DNA of 62,477 nt, filler included, from Choristocarpus tenellus KU-1152 (Eukaryota; Protista; Phaeophyceae): assembly GCA_964200185.2 (NCBI GenBank). It is 11 parts of 11 records of this genome, joined end to end, with 100 filler letters (N's around TTAATTAATTAA, not from the genome) between each part and the next. Parts side by side here need not be neighbours in the genome. Positions count along the whole stretch, not along the records: positions 6,198 to 14,704 come from CAXNAD020004637.1; positions 14,805 to 21,218 come from CAXNAD020008190.1; positions 21,319 to 24,770 come from CAXNAD020019938.1; positions 24,871 to 35,118 come from CAXNAD020003044.1; 7 more parts are not named here. One strand, 5' to 3'. Each line of letters opens with the position of its first letter. Positions within the stretch are counted from its first letter, which is position 1. The translations under genes were made by a program, and so were the position numbers. Below, in pieces: positions 12,801-25,296 of the stretch. The notes beneath the pieces are model-generated. The model saw only the letters and a list, made by a program, of their open reading frames with translations, ran no database searches and was not told where the DNA came from.

Positions 12801-14420
12801 TCTAACCTGAGGCACCCCAAACCCTTCTCTTTACTCCAAGCATATGAGGTGATTGATTGGAGGTTACAATGCATGGTTGAGCATATGCGATGAGTGGGTG
12901 TGGGATACAGTGAATGTTGCCTGTCTATACATAGCACACTGTCATATTTTTCAACACCAGATATTGTCCATCACGTCTCTGGTTTGGTAAAGTTTGCAAC
13001 TGAGGATTTGGCCACTCCAAAACCAATAGTCTGACCTTCTTTGTACTTGCTTTAGGTGACAAGTTAAGAGGAATATCATACTTCCTACAGGAATGTGGTA
13101 CAATGTAAGGTGGCATGCTGTAGTGGAATGTCAATATTGGTTCATCTCGTTCAGATATGGGAATAATCATTGAAGAAACGGGAAGAATAATTCAAACCGT
13201 GTGTTATCTTTCAATTTAGATGACGGTACTGGCTGGCTCAATGGGCTTAATGGGGATCAAGGATTTGTGTTGGTGTAATTGACCGAGCTTAGAGCAAAAG
13301 TATCTTAAAGGTTAGAGCTGGATCCATTGGGGGACCAAAATCCAATGTTGCGATTTTGATGTAATTTTGGCTATCGTGTTTGCTAGGAAGTGTCAATATC
13401 CTTTTCCGGACATGTACATGATACCTACTCCAAAATGTACATGTTTCACCTACTCTGGAACATTTCGAAATTGGAAAATGTCATAAAAAAAAACATGAGA
13501 AGCAAAGCACCAAACGGACAAACAAGGCAAAACGTTTACCCTCTTAAGATACTTTCACTCTCTTATGTAGATGCTTGCATTCACAATTTCCATATTCAGA
13601 ATATGAACAATTGCTATGTACTTGGAGTATAAATGATCTTGTTTCTAGTGGGCAGAGCTTTCTGGTCAGGGTTTGGAAGAGGAACTTTGAGTCAAAGTAC
13701 CTTGGAGGGTAAAGCCACGTCCATTTGGGGGTCAAAATCCAATATAGCAATTTCGAAGTAATTTTGGGTATCATGTTTGTTAGGAGATGTCATTATCCTT
13801 GTTTCTGATGCATGTTTTCATAACATATAGATTTTACCTACTCTGAAACTTCTTGGTGTAGGTAAAATGTCATTAAAAACCCGTGGGAAGCCAAGTCCCA
13901 AATGTACAAACAGAGAAAAACTCGTATCCTTTGAGATACTTTCACTCTTTGTGTTTAAAGATATCTTTGAGTGGGTTCACTCAAACATATTAATCCCAGG
14001 GTTTATTTCATTTGTTGAATAATTCACTCAGTTTGACATCATGTGGAAGGATAGGATGTAGATCTTGATAACTCATGGTACAACCTTGTTTTGCAACTAC
14101 TCCCGACAAGTACTGTACTCTCAAGTATGATATATTTTGATGACATAGATTGACGTTAGGTGCCAAGGTAGGCAAGGGTTCATCTAACAGTGTGAGCCAA
14201 CCATGGCTATTGGTAATGCTTAGCACCAACCTTTTCCTCGACGTCATAGAAGAGGTCCAATGCTGCCCTAAAATAATCCTCCGCCTGACGCCCCCTCTCC
14301 ACCTGGCCAGCCATCCACTCTCCAATTTCGATTAGGTAATCGACCCTCTCAAATCTGTCTACCAGGCAGTCCAATGCTCTTGTGTATGCCATTAGCTGCT
14401 GCTGAGGATTGTAGGCAGAT
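6839..14420 (-). CDS. CFAP46: Cilia- and flagella-associated protein 46 (TTC40), internal fragment, 7 exons
   Basis: Phase-compatible exons 14420-14231, 11799-11693, 10315-9976, 8775-8577, 8074-7947, 7648-7269 and 6932-6839. Collinear motifs QLMAYTRALDCL..VDYLIEIGEWM, LDVGHQERAVRLLTMLAR..LLLQAHYFVSKI, PNCLAEW..IGPATIDKVPLLVHHLLSL, AAGSLGLTEEE match remembered CFAP46 segments in order. Confidence 0.8.
9447..9704. mobile_element. MITE family A, full length (258 bp), in CFAP46 intron
   Basis: TIRs GAGTCAAAG(cc)TCTTAGAGGGTAG / CTACCCTCTAAGATACTTTCGCTC. Confidence 0.92.
11950..12860 (-). mobile_element. Highly decayed LINE-like 3' fragment in CFAP46 intron
   Basis: Broken translation KIIRGVP...MSVVR*ELG...KMPYDR resembles post-RT LINE ORF2; many stops; CpG-depleted. 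Weak. Confidence 0.3.
13292..13560. mobile_element. MITE family A, full length, diverged
   Basis: GAGCAAAAGTATCTTAAAGG ... CCCTCTTAAGATACTTTCACTC; interior matches other A copies. Confidence 0.9.
13689..13947. mobile_element. MITE family A, full length
   Basis: GAGTCAAAGTACCTTGGAGGG ... GAGATACTTTCACTC; flanked by TTT/TTT. Confidence 0.92.
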
Positions 14421-14662
14421 CTGATTGGTGGAAGTGTTTGGAAATAAGGCAGGGACAGGGAGACGACTACATCCTCATATGATAGGCTGGGCAATTCTGT
14501 GATACATAAATGTGTGGTAGCATTTGATCGAGGGAGTTGGGTTAGGTGGAATGATGAGGATGATCGAATTGGTGGGGCTGGGTTAGAGGTTGGGTCAGGA
14601 AAGTATTCCAACTCTTGTTCAGCATTGAGATTGAGTTCAAATCGGCATATGAGGGGGTGGGA

Positions 14663-14704
14663 GGCTCAAAGTATCTGGGAGGGGGTGGCAGCTGTCCATT
14701 TGGG
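14663..14704. mobile_element. MITE family B, partial (contig end; short-spacer end)
   Basis: GGCTCAAAGTATCT, 17 nt, GTCCATTTGGG. Confidence 0.85.
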
Positions 14705-14804
14705 NNNNNNNNNNNNNNNNNNNNNNNNNNNNNNNNNNNNNNNNNNNNTTAATTAATTAANNNNNNNNNNNNNNNNNNNNNNNNNNNNNNNNNNNNNNNN
14801 NNNN

Positions 14805-14981
14805 TCGTGTTTGTTAGGAAGTGTCAATATCCATGCTCCGGACATATCTTTTCATAACGTATACATTTTACCTACTCCTAATCATTTTGGAGTAGGAAAA
14901 TGTCATAAAAAACCCCATCGGAAGCCAAGCCCCAAATGGACAAATAGGGTAAAACTCGTACCCTCTAAGATACTTTCACTC
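14805..14981. mobile_element. MITE family A, partial (contig start)
   Basis: Interior plus CCCCAAATGGAC, 26 nt, AGATACTTTCACTC terminus. Confidence 0.9.
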
Positions 14982-15205
14982 GTATGGCGTACTGGGTCCA
15001 ATAGCTTGCAACTGCTCTGCATCATTCATTCAGTACCCCTCTTTGATTTTGCTCAAAAACTAGCAACATCATTGACATGCATTTTGTTTCTTCCTGTTTC
15101 TAGCCCAGTAGTTCACTGTGCCAGAATCTCGATTCTATTGCAGAGGGTTCTTGAAGCAACAGGTCTTCCTGATCCAACGAATACATACTTCAAGTGTCTG
15201 CTAAC

Positions 15206-17197
15206 CTGAGTATAGTTCAGGCTGCTTCCCAGATTGCCGATGGTGGACAAAGAAAGAATATCTGTGGATGTGGAAGCTTCAATCGCATCTGCTGCCACAT
15301 TGATGAATATATGTGGCAAGACACCAAATGATATCACAAAGAAGGACCACGCACAGAACTTCAGGAATTTGAAGTATGAGGTCACTCCAGCACCGTAAGG
15401 TGCAAACTCGCTAATTTGACCCTTCAGCAGATATAAGAGATTTGTTTGGGGATTGAAGGGTTGTAAGTGGGGTGACAGGGGAAGGAGTGAGGGTGTGTGT
15501 ATTTTCAGATAAACATGTGTGGTTGAACAAGGTTTCATGAAAGCAACAGAACCATCTTCAAGGGGGAATTACAAGGTGGGGATTGAAACTGCAGGAGTAC
15601 TCCAATGACAACAGCTCTCTATTTTCCATTAAATGGTAAGATACAGTTCTACAACTTGATAGAACACAAGAACTGACTAAAAGGGAGGCCGAGAAGTACC
15701 CTACTGCAGCTTGCACATTCGTTTTGAGGAAAATATGACGTCCGCACCTCGTCCCAAAGGTCGAGTTGCTCCCCACAGCCCCCTAAAGTGCAGTACCTGC
15801 CCGTGGTCGAAGCCTTCAGATTGAATTTTTCCCCAGTAGGGTCTCGTGGATGAATTGAATCACGGAAGGCTACAGCTACAGCCTCATCAGGTTTTTGCCA
15901 GGGTGTGAATTCATCTACCCGACCTCGTTCTGCGGCAGCCATTACACCTCGGGGGGACAGGAGGGGATTTGCGGCAAGGTGACCATCAGGATTGGCGTTC
16001 ACCTTCAGGATATTCCACCGTGCCCGTTTCCTGTTGAACCAGACATCCTGCAGTCTCTGCAATTGATTGATTACGGGGAATGCATACTGTGAAGGTCTTA
16101 CACTTCAAAGCTGTCCTCATTGTCAAGTGCTCAGTGCAGGCTCATATGTTATCCTTTACATTTCACATCTTCTCTTCAGTAGTGGGGGACAGCTGTTGAG
16201 ACGATCCTCATACATCGACGCCTATTTTGGAGACAAAATCATGTCAATTTGTAAAAAAATTCAACTCGTGTTTCTCCTTGGTCAAGGTATGTGGTGTTGG
16301 GGGACTATAGATGGTCTATGTTGCCGCTGTCCTGTTTCGACCAGCGGAAAGCCATAATTTCGAGAAGAGACGTCCATGTTATACAAGCTTTTACCGTACG
16401 TTTTTCAAAGCAGTGGTATTCTGCACCTTCGCTGCAGCTTCCCTCCTTGCCTTGAACTCCTCAGTGAGCGGCTCCGGGGGGTCTGGAAACTCTGAGCATC
16501 CTTGAAACAGCTTATCCATTATTGCAACGTAGTGTGAATGTTCAAGCCTTGCGGACCCACGAACTTCAAGGTTTTGACGCACAACAAACTCCTAAGTATG
16601 TCATATTGGAGGGGCATGGGCATATTAGTCCACCTTGTCGGACCGTGACTGAGTGCATTAGGGAAAGATCGACACGAATACTGATTTTTGCGATTGATTC
16701 ACAATGTGGTTCACGAGGGAGAAAGAGGACGGCCAAAGGGTCGGACAGCGAGGAAATGTGGTTGTCATGAAGGGTGACAGTGACAACATATGCTGGACCC
16801 TCGGTTGACTAACCTTCATCTGCTCGAGGGTCCACGTCTCAAAGGGCAGGTCAGCCTCCTCGCGCATCTCATCCAGGGCCCCGGCGTAGGCGTGCATGGC
16901 CAAGGATGCCCTAATCAATGTCGAAAAAAGAAGGGGGCAAGTCGTTTCATCGCTGAATATTTCACTGCTTCACCAAGCCTAGCAAAGATCAATTTTCAGT
17001 GCATGATTTTGGTAGGCAAGGGTGGGGGATTATCTCCTCCCAGAATATCTCGGGACAGAAGACGTAAGTGTGCAGCACAGTTTGAAGAACCTGCGGCGAA
17101 CTTGTTGGAGGGCGGCATTGTAAACAATTCTCGGACCCCGGCCTGATCCACGTCGATCCTGACCAAGGCCCCCTTGACAGCCTTGTTCTTCATCCAT
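15206..17197 (-). CDS. Transmembrane channel-like (TMC/OSCA-type) protein, 5' part (3'-truncated by contig edge)
   Basis: Exons 17197-17091 (MDEEQG..), 16910-16814, ~16510-16400, 16056-15748 and 15421-15206. QLDLWDE|GQISEFAPYGAGVTSYFKFLKFCAWSFFVISFGVLP..STIGNLG matches the TMC first-TM signature (G-x-GV-x-x-YF-x-FL). Confidence 0.7.
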
Positions 17198-17648
17198 GCC
17201 CCGCACATATAAGGTATGTTGTGAAAATTTGTGAAGGACAAGTAGGTGGTTGGAAGTTTTCAGACACAGTTACAGAAATGTGTAGCCCAGAGCTCCTCAA
17301 GACCTACTGCCGTTGGCCCCAGAGCAAAAGCACTTATTGTACAACAATGGAGTGAAGGACTTTAGTCGTTGTCGTGTCAGGGGACAAAGAAGAACAAGAT
17401 TAATGAATCCATGTATATAGCCAGAGGAATCCTTGCATCCACTCGATCGAGTTCCCCGTCGTTGCTGCGAGTCGTATCAGGGCAGGGAGCCATGAAGGTG
17501 TGAAGATAGAATATCGATTGTAATCTTGGACAAGGATGAGATTGCAGGGAGGTGAACCGCTGGAGATCGCAAACGATATGCATCATCCTCCCCTCTCTCT
17601 TGATATTGTACCTTCTAGATTGCTGGGAGTGAAACCGGTCCATTGCTT

Positions 17649-19300
17649 ATGGGCACGTCGGTGTTTGCGCTATCTTTTGTGGTCTACCGTGCTTACAGCA
17701 TGGGGCGACACACCGCCGGTCCATCCATTGGGGATAGCAAGGGTATTAAGGGATGCCACAGGGAGGATGAAACGCTGCGGGAGGGATGTATCTCTTTCAG
17801 CTTGGGTGAAATGGTGGCTCCCAGGTCCAAGAGTTTCCTTTATACTCGTGCAGGGGACAAAGGTACATCTTCGGTAAGCCCGACTGCCAGATCCCTGAAC
17901 AAAAGCCTTCCGATTTCAACAGATAGTGGTTGGCGGATACTTCCATCTCCCTTGCCGTGAGACTCGTAGTCTAACTTATCAATTGAGAACTAGTCTATAC
18001 ATCTTTCGCGAATCCCCAAACCACCAGCCCTCCCACCCCCTTTCTCCAGCTATTCAACCTCGAGAAGCGGAGCAAGGGCGATGCCGCGTTTGAAGCTCTG
18101 GGCAGTATGGACGAGCTAAACGCAAGCTTAGGTGTAGCAGTAGAACACTGCAGACTGGCAGGCAATGGCCTTGCTGGCATCCTTAGGGAGGTGCAGTCGC
18201 TGCTAATTGATGCCTCGGCTTTGGTCGCAACACCTCGCAGTAGCTCTACAGAGAGGAAAATTGCCCGCACACAATTCCCTTCGCGATGTACGACGCAGCT
18301 CGAGGTGGGAGAGTGAGAAGAAGAAACGTGTGTAGGAGAATAGAAGCAAACATGTATTTTTTGGGATGGGTCAGTTTGGCACCCCTGTGCACAACTACTA
18401 CTTCGAGCACTCGATACTGACCTCTAACCCCCCAACATTGTATTCCAAGGACAGGGCGTATGCTCATCAGTTCTTGTAGAGCTGAAATGAGGACTGTTTC
18501 AAGTTCATGTCAAACGTAGTCATGTGCGGAGATGCAGATGGTAATTTATCGCTCCTTGATATTGGAGAGGGCTCAAAGAGGCATCATCCCCCCACCCTAC
18601 GTTCTCTCAATAAATTCAACTAGTTAGAGCTTGTCTCCACCCCGCTTTCTCAATGTTCATCAATAAATGAAGGGTAAAAAAATGTGTGCCAGGTGTGGCA
18701 TAGCAATTCACAACCACTTTTGGATAGCTGAGGTGCTAGAGTAGGAGAAGGGGAGCAAAATTACCTGCCCAAAGTCCTGTTAATCCAGTGTTTCACCACC
18801 TCTCTTGATTCCTAAGGCTAGCATTGATGAGTTAGATGCTAGATTGCCCCAACTCAAGACCTTCATCCTTCCTGGAGGGGGTCTAGCAGCCTCCCACCTC
18901 CACCTTTCCCGGTGTGTCTGCCGGAGAGCTGAGCGGAGCCTCCAGCCGCTCCTGGCTGATGGTCAGGGTGTGGAGGAGGTCGCAAGGTGTGGAGTGAGGC
19001 ATTTGAAAGACAGGAAGTTGATGTGTTTTGGAAACAATAGCAGTGCATAGCATTTGTGGGTTTCCACCCCTTTGCTTGTGCACGTGCATGTGTGTTAGTC
19101 TTTAACCGAGTGAAGGCGAAAATGATTCTAATTCTATTTCCTAAAATGATTCTTGTCTAAAGTCCTTGCTAATCCTATTTCCTCCCTTTTATGGTGTGGG
19201 TTTCAATTCAACATCTAGGTTTGTAAATCGACTCAGTGATTTCCTGTTTGCGGCAGCAAGATATGCTTCTCTTGTTGAAGGAAATCCTGAAAGATCGTGA
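17649..19300 (+). CDS. MMAB: ATP:cob(I)alamin adenosyltransferase (PduO type), 4 exons
   Basis: Exons 17649-17873, 18050-18304, 18817-18986 and 19219-19300 (GT-AG, in phase). Motifs [63 protein letters not shown]. The start may lie further upstream (ATG 17492 plus an intron to 17619). Confidence 0.95.
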
Positions 19301-20290
19301 CAGAAGTTACCAGAAGAACAAAGTCCAGAAGGTGATGATTGATATATATCGGTTACTGGTGTTGAATTGTAGTGGTGTGTTTGTGAGCATGTGAGGCTTG
19401 AATAGACATCTCAAAGGCAGGGTTATGTGGAGTGTGGGAATGGAGAGGAAGGGGATAGGGAAATTGGAGGGAGCACCATGTTACCTTTCCGTTTTATGTT
19501 AGTTGTGTGTTGTCATGTTGTTGAGCATGTGTGATGATGATGTGTCTTTGACAAGGGTGGAGATTGCTGGCACAGATGAGTAAATTGATGGAGAAGTTGA
19601 GCTGCTGCAGATTGTCCGCACTTAACCTTACTGGGCACTGTTTGGGGTTATGAGAGTGGGATCAGCTAAGATGTACCCACAAATGGTGAGTGCCTCAGAA
19701 AATGTTGCGAAGCAGAAGTGATGTATGCAGGTACTTTGAAGGGGTGTGTGAATGCTGGAGTGATACAGTGTTAAAAGGTGACTGGCCTAAGCAGCAGTCC
19801 CCTCTCAACCCCTGTGGTATTAGTGTGGAGCATCTGTTAAAATAATCATTTCCCTTGAGAGTGAGATGACTCCATGAGCAGGCAAAGCTGAATGGGTGTG
19901 CTTGTAGAGTGGAAGATTTTCTATCCGAATCAGATATTTTCTTGGTTTCCTTCTAATTAGAAGGTCATGCTCAGGCCATTTATATTTGAACTGGAACTAG
20001 GTAGGGCAGATGGAAAATATACTCACACTTATTCCCCTGCTGTGTGTGGACAGGTCTCAGCACTCTCACTCACAGAACAAAGTTGAACTCTGTAGATTAA
20101 GGAACTGCCATGTGCTGAGTGTTGTGAGATGTGAGCCAAGTGCAAGAGAAATGCTCGTCTCACCCATCTAAGACAACACGACACTCAATGCCATCACTGA
20201 CGCGACAAGCTTGGGTCAAGCTTGTACGATATTGCACATCCGCCATCAGGACTGCCCTCTAGGGCACTTGGTCTTTAATGTCTGTTGTCC

Positions 20291-20400
20291 AGGCAAAGCT
20301 CAAGGCCATTGCTCTTTAACGCCTATTTTTCAAGGGCAATGCTCAGGACTATTTGCTCTATACATTCTGCCGTGAAGGCAATGCTCAAGACCATTTCCTC
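20291..20400. repeat. Three imperfect ~43-bp-spaced repeats
   Basis: GGCAA(A/T)GCTCA(A/G)G..C.ATT(T)GCTC-like unit at about 20291, 20334 and 20376. Confidence 0.6.
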
Positions 20401-21185
20401 CTCCTTGTGTGTGCAACCTACTACGTGATTTGGTTTATGGTAAGACTGGTGAAATCAGAACAGCATACAGCAGTTTTTGATTGAAATCACACAAATCCCG
20501 GTGTTGCATCTGATTTCAAAATTGTAACTACTTAATATAGTGAGAGGTTCAGCTGGCACACAGTTTATATAAGGACACCCCACCCACATTTACTCTTGTT
20601 CAATATATTCCATTTTTTATTTTTAGGAATAGAATATTCATCAGGAATGGGTTGGTTTTATTATTCTGGGCACCTACATGCTTGGTAAACCTCCTTTACA
20701 ATGAGCCGTTTGAGTGTTAGCAATAGAAAATGAGAACATTTGGACTGATCAATGGATGGTAATGGTGCTATTTAATCACCAACTAAGCATTTATGGATAG
20801 TTTCAAACAATGAAAGTGGAAGGTTGCACGATGCCATTTAGAGAACAGCACCTTGATATCTTCCATATGCCAAATTATCATGCAGCAATCAGAAAGTGAT
20901 AAAACTTTATTATAGTGCACAAGAAACTATTGGTACACACTTTGTCATAACCGTGGGCACTACACTATTAATGAATGGGCCTTTGTTCCTCCGTGAACAA
21001 TCATGTTCACGACAATCTCAGCGCTAGTTGCCCTATGTTGTCTAGCATCGGGTCGACACCCTTGCCCGCTTGCTCTGAAGCATATCGTTCATTGTCTGGA
21101 CAATTTTTTGTTGTACAAGTGCAAGAACGTGACATTGCATTGTACATACAAAAAAAACAAAACATCGATACTTTATCCCAGTCAA

Positions 21186-21218
21186 GACCCAAAGTATCTG
21201 GGAGGGGGGGGGGGGACT
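21186..21218. mobile_element. MITE family B, partial (contig end)
   Basis: GACCCAAAGTATCTGGGA followed by poly-G. Confidence 0.85.
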
Positions 21219-21318
21219 NNNNNNNNNNNNNNNNNNNNNNNNNNNNNNNNNNNNNNNNNNNNTTAATTAATTAANNNNNNNNNNNNNNNNNNNNNNNNNN
21301 NNNNNNNNNNNNNNNNNN

Positions 21319-23082
21319 CAGATGGACCACCAATGTATTCACCCTCACCCTATGGGCCTGGGCCTTCACCTGCTGGCCCCATATCATCACCCTGTGGCAT
21401 GTTGGGTTTTTCCCCGGGTCGACCAGGTATTTCTCCGGCGGGATCAGTCCTATCACCTGCTACACCTGAGGTGTCAAGAAGAGGGGGAGGCGTCTTGGGG
21501 GGAGGGGGGGGGGATTTGTTGAAGAGGTATGGGGCAGCGGCAGAAAGTCTGGGCAGGGTGGCGGTGCAGGGAGCTGGGAATGGCGGGCCAGGAGTCCCGG
21601 GGTTGGGAGGGGAAGAGGATGTGCCACCCCCACGACTGTATGAACTGATAGGGGAGGAAGGGGAAGAGGGTACCGGTTTGCGCTGGAGCCATTTGTCAGT
21701 GTATGACGATCAGGTGATTTTTTGTTGTGACAAAGCTGTGTTGTCCTATTTGTACTGTAGCCTTATCCCAACTGTGTGAAGAACCAGACAGACCTCAAGC
21801 GCTGCTGTTTCCTGATTTATCAATCTTGACCATTCTCTCAAGGCCAGGATTGATTTGAGCAGGATGAATTGGGTAGAGTTGTAGTGTACATTCAATCGTA
21901 TGGATACCACTATGTGTGTGTCTGCCACCTCCCCTGCCGGTGATTCTTCTGTCACCAAGTGAGACTATGAGTAGTGAGATATCTCAACTAATTGTGAAAA
22001 GAAAGCAAATGACCAGTAACACCCCCATCCCCCTCACCAACCTTGTTTGAACAGTCCCGATTGTTATTTTTTGTGCATTGACTGTACAAATGTCACATTG
22101 TGCTGATGTTGAGAGGGGAGATGTGGGAAATGGGTGCACTGACGGTTTGATAATGCAGATCCAGGTGTTTGCTCTAACAGATCGTCTCATTGATCATTAT
22201 ATCTCACGACCCTATCCCACCCCCCAATGCACACCCATTCACTTGCCTTGCCTCATTTGAAACCGTCTAGTTCTTTTTCTGGAACATTTTTTATTTTATT
22301 TCCTCAAGTGTTGTGGTGTCGCTTTCCCTGTGACTACCTTCTGGTCACGGGTTTAGGTCCTTTCAAACTATTTTAATCGTATAATTGTGGTATTAATGGA
22401 AGCCTTAATACTAAAGTCTTTGCTGGGTACCACACTCACCCTCCCAGTCCATTGTCATGTTTTGGTTGTTCCCAGGACCTTTTGCCGCAAGCCTGCTTCC
22501 TGCTTTTGCGGACGGGTGGGGCGCCTTTCCTCTGGGTTGGGGAGGCATTTGCGGAAGAAAACCTTGGGGTGAGATTTTACGTATCAGCTGTAGTAGGTGT
22601 TGCTTGTGAAAGAGACTGACATGGTTATACAGTGATAGCATGGTGCCGTCAAGTGTTTTTGCACATCCAAGAATAATGCAGTTGAGAAATGTGGGGCAAG
22701 GTCATATTCATATCAATACACTTCGTGAGGTTGCGTAGGTACTTAAGAGGTAAATTTGTGCTGTGATTGTGCCCTTCTGTCACATGGAAAACGTTATTAC
22801 AGTTTTCCTTGTTGGCTTGGTGAATTCATGCCCATATATTATATGGAAAAAGCCATACTATGGAGCCAATCACCCCTCTCCCACTTTCTTGTCCACCCTT
22901 GCCAGGGAACTGCTGATCTGGAGAGGGCAAATGAACTTGTGTTGAGTGCGAGAATGTCCCCTGAGGACCGATGCTGGGCTGGGGTTTGGGCAGGGGGTGC
23001 TGATGTGTGGTCGGCCACTGTGGTACTGGGAAGGAATGAACCAGAGGAGTGGTGGGAGGTGTTTGAGAGTGGTTATCTGTGA
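21319..23082 (+). CDS. Uncharacterised protein, last two exons (5'-partial)
   Basis: Pro/Gly-rich exon 21319-21713 ending WSHLSVYDDQ|GT, spliced in phase 0 to 22906-23082 (GTADLERANELVLSAR...WWEVFESGYL*). Confidence 0.65.
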
Positions 23083-23369
23083 ACAAGTACACATTCTAAA
23101 CTGTTCTTAGGTAGTGGGGGGTGTATGTGTAGAGATATGTGATGACGATTCATTGCACCCCTGGTGGTGTTAAGTATAGGACAGTCCGGTTTGATGTTTG
23201 GGGAGAGACTCGAGTCAATCTCCAGGCCATCATTAGGGGTGAAGCTGGGGGGTAGATGGGTACTACTCTGAGCATGAAATGTGTATGATCTTGGGACAGA
23301 TGCAGGGGTGGCATGGGGGAGGTGGTATGGGGGGGGTCGAAGCACTTAGTGCTTTGCCTAACAAATGAA

Positions 23370-24150
23370 AGAGATACTGAAGTTTGCTAGGGAGAGGATG
23401 GAGAGATTAGACATTACATCTGGGAACTAAGGATTGGATAGGTCATGGAGAGTAGTGTGTGTGTAGAGGTTGCCTGAATTTTTTTTGGAGGGTCTTGTCC
23501 TGCTTCCTTGGTACCTCTACCCTCTATCAGCCTCATCTCCCAAGACAGTGCTCAATGTCCTTTTGGGGGAAGCAGCTTGCTTCGCAATGGAATTCAGATA
23601 TAAGGCATGTGAAGGGGGGAGGGGGAACACAGAAAGAGCTTGTTTGCATGAGTGGCGCCGCCTGTTCTCTTGTCTCAGTATAGTCGTGTTGTTGAACTTT
23701 AAATTGTTGGGCACTGCAATGTCCCAATAACCCATACCCTCTGTTGTTCATTACAAGGATAACTGGGAGGACAGATGTCCCACTTGGTGTGGCACAATCT
23801 GAGATGGTGGGAGATGGAGGATCAAGAGCTGAGTACAACTTTGGTGTGGCCTGGTGGGATGGGTAGCACCGAGCATGACATCAGTGTTTTCAGTGATATA
23901 TTTTGGGTGGGGGATGGAACATGAAGGGATGTGAATACTGGTTGGGTGCTTTTGCCCCAGATCAAGAAGGAACAGCATTGATCAGGGTAGAAACAGGTCC
24001 TCGCAGTCAGATTGGGGTGTCGACTGTATTCCCTTCTGCCTGCTGCCAACCTAAGTTTCTTCCACTTTGCAACTTTTGCATGGTTGCTTTTTGTGGTTGA
24101 TGTGAGCAATCATATGTTGGTGTTGTCATGCGTTTACGATGATAACAGCT
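23370..24150 (+). mobile_element. Decayed 5'-truncated LINE fragment
   Basis: Frameshifted FFWRVLSC..TS / TVLNVLLGEA / LFITR..PLGV..GRWR..WCG..TEH follow the order of post-RT and C-terminal Zn-knuckle segments of LINE ORF2. Confidence 0.5.
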
Positions 24151-24870
24151 GGACTACCTTCGCTATTGTGTGTGTATGTGTTTGTTTTGTCTACATATAT
24201 GTGTGTTTTGTGGCCAGTGTACACAACCAATTGTATGGTGGGGGTGTGAGAGATCCATCCAAACAAACATGATGTTATGTTTCACTTTGCCACCAGAGTT
24301 ATCTTGAGAATAGTCCACCCACGGTCCCTCCCACTTTACCCCACCACCCTCCTGTGTCAGTTGGAGTTTTGATTGGCTGTCATATGCCCCCTTCCCCTTT
24401 GTATGATGGATGTCATTCATACTACTGGTCTGTACCATACGGATCACATACCCTGAGACTGTGTTTTTTTTTCATCTGTAGCTCTCAAGGCTGCTCTCTG
24501 TAGTGATCCCTTCCAATTCATAAAAATTAGTGCCTCCGAGTAGTATGGACTGTCTGTTGTGTGCTTAAATTAATCCCTTTGAATATGGTAAATTAAATGG
24601 AGTGGTATGATTGTACGTACCTAATTTTTCTTTCAGTTTTTTTTTTTGCTTGCTCGCTTCCCTGGCGAGGGAGAATAAATATATTGTTGAATCGTTTTTA
24701 TATTATTTATGGAGGGTGGGGGAGGGGGTAGGGGAGGGGGTGGGGATTGGTTACGGGGCGATAACCCAGCNNNNNNNNNNNNNNNNNNNNNNNNNNNNNN
24801 NNNNNNNNNNNNNNTTAATTAATTAANNNNNNNNNNNNNNNNNNNNNNNNNNNNNNNNNNNNNNNNNNNN

Positions 24871-25046
24871 TCTGACGTATGCAACCATGTCACCCAAATA
24901 TCGTGACATGAAAAATTTGACCCCAAATGGACAGCCGCCACTCCCTCCCAGATACGTTGATCCGGAACCAAATCACCCAAAAATCGAGACATGAAAAAAT
25001 TGGTCCCAAATGGACAGCCACCACCCCCCCCCAGATACGTCGAGCC
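24871..25046. mobile_element. MITE family B, two tandem short-spacer ends (contig start)
   Basis: CCCAAATGGAC, 17 nt, AGATACG terminus occurs twice (ending at 24963 and 25046). Confidence 0.85.
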
Positions 25047-25296
25047 TGAATCTCTTGCAGATGTTGTACTAAGGTCGAAGCATCACAATTTCACACACAC
25101 ACACACATACCATCAACCGTCAAACACATTGTCCTCGAGACTGAACAACAAGCAACCAATTTACCTGCCCAACAACTTGATTGACCATACAAAATCCCAC
25201 AGATAAAACCTAGTTTGTTTGGGGGGTTTTTGCACTACTGTATTTGTCACCTATCAGTTGTGCCTCTCACTTCCCTTCCCCCTCCGTGCCGGGCAG

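Noticed and set aside
19298-19300. TGA as selenocysteine or an alternative genetic code
   Set aside because: The position is W/Y rather than Cys in homologues, no SECIS was recognised, and other genes here (ankyrin, mL59) use TGA as a normal stop.
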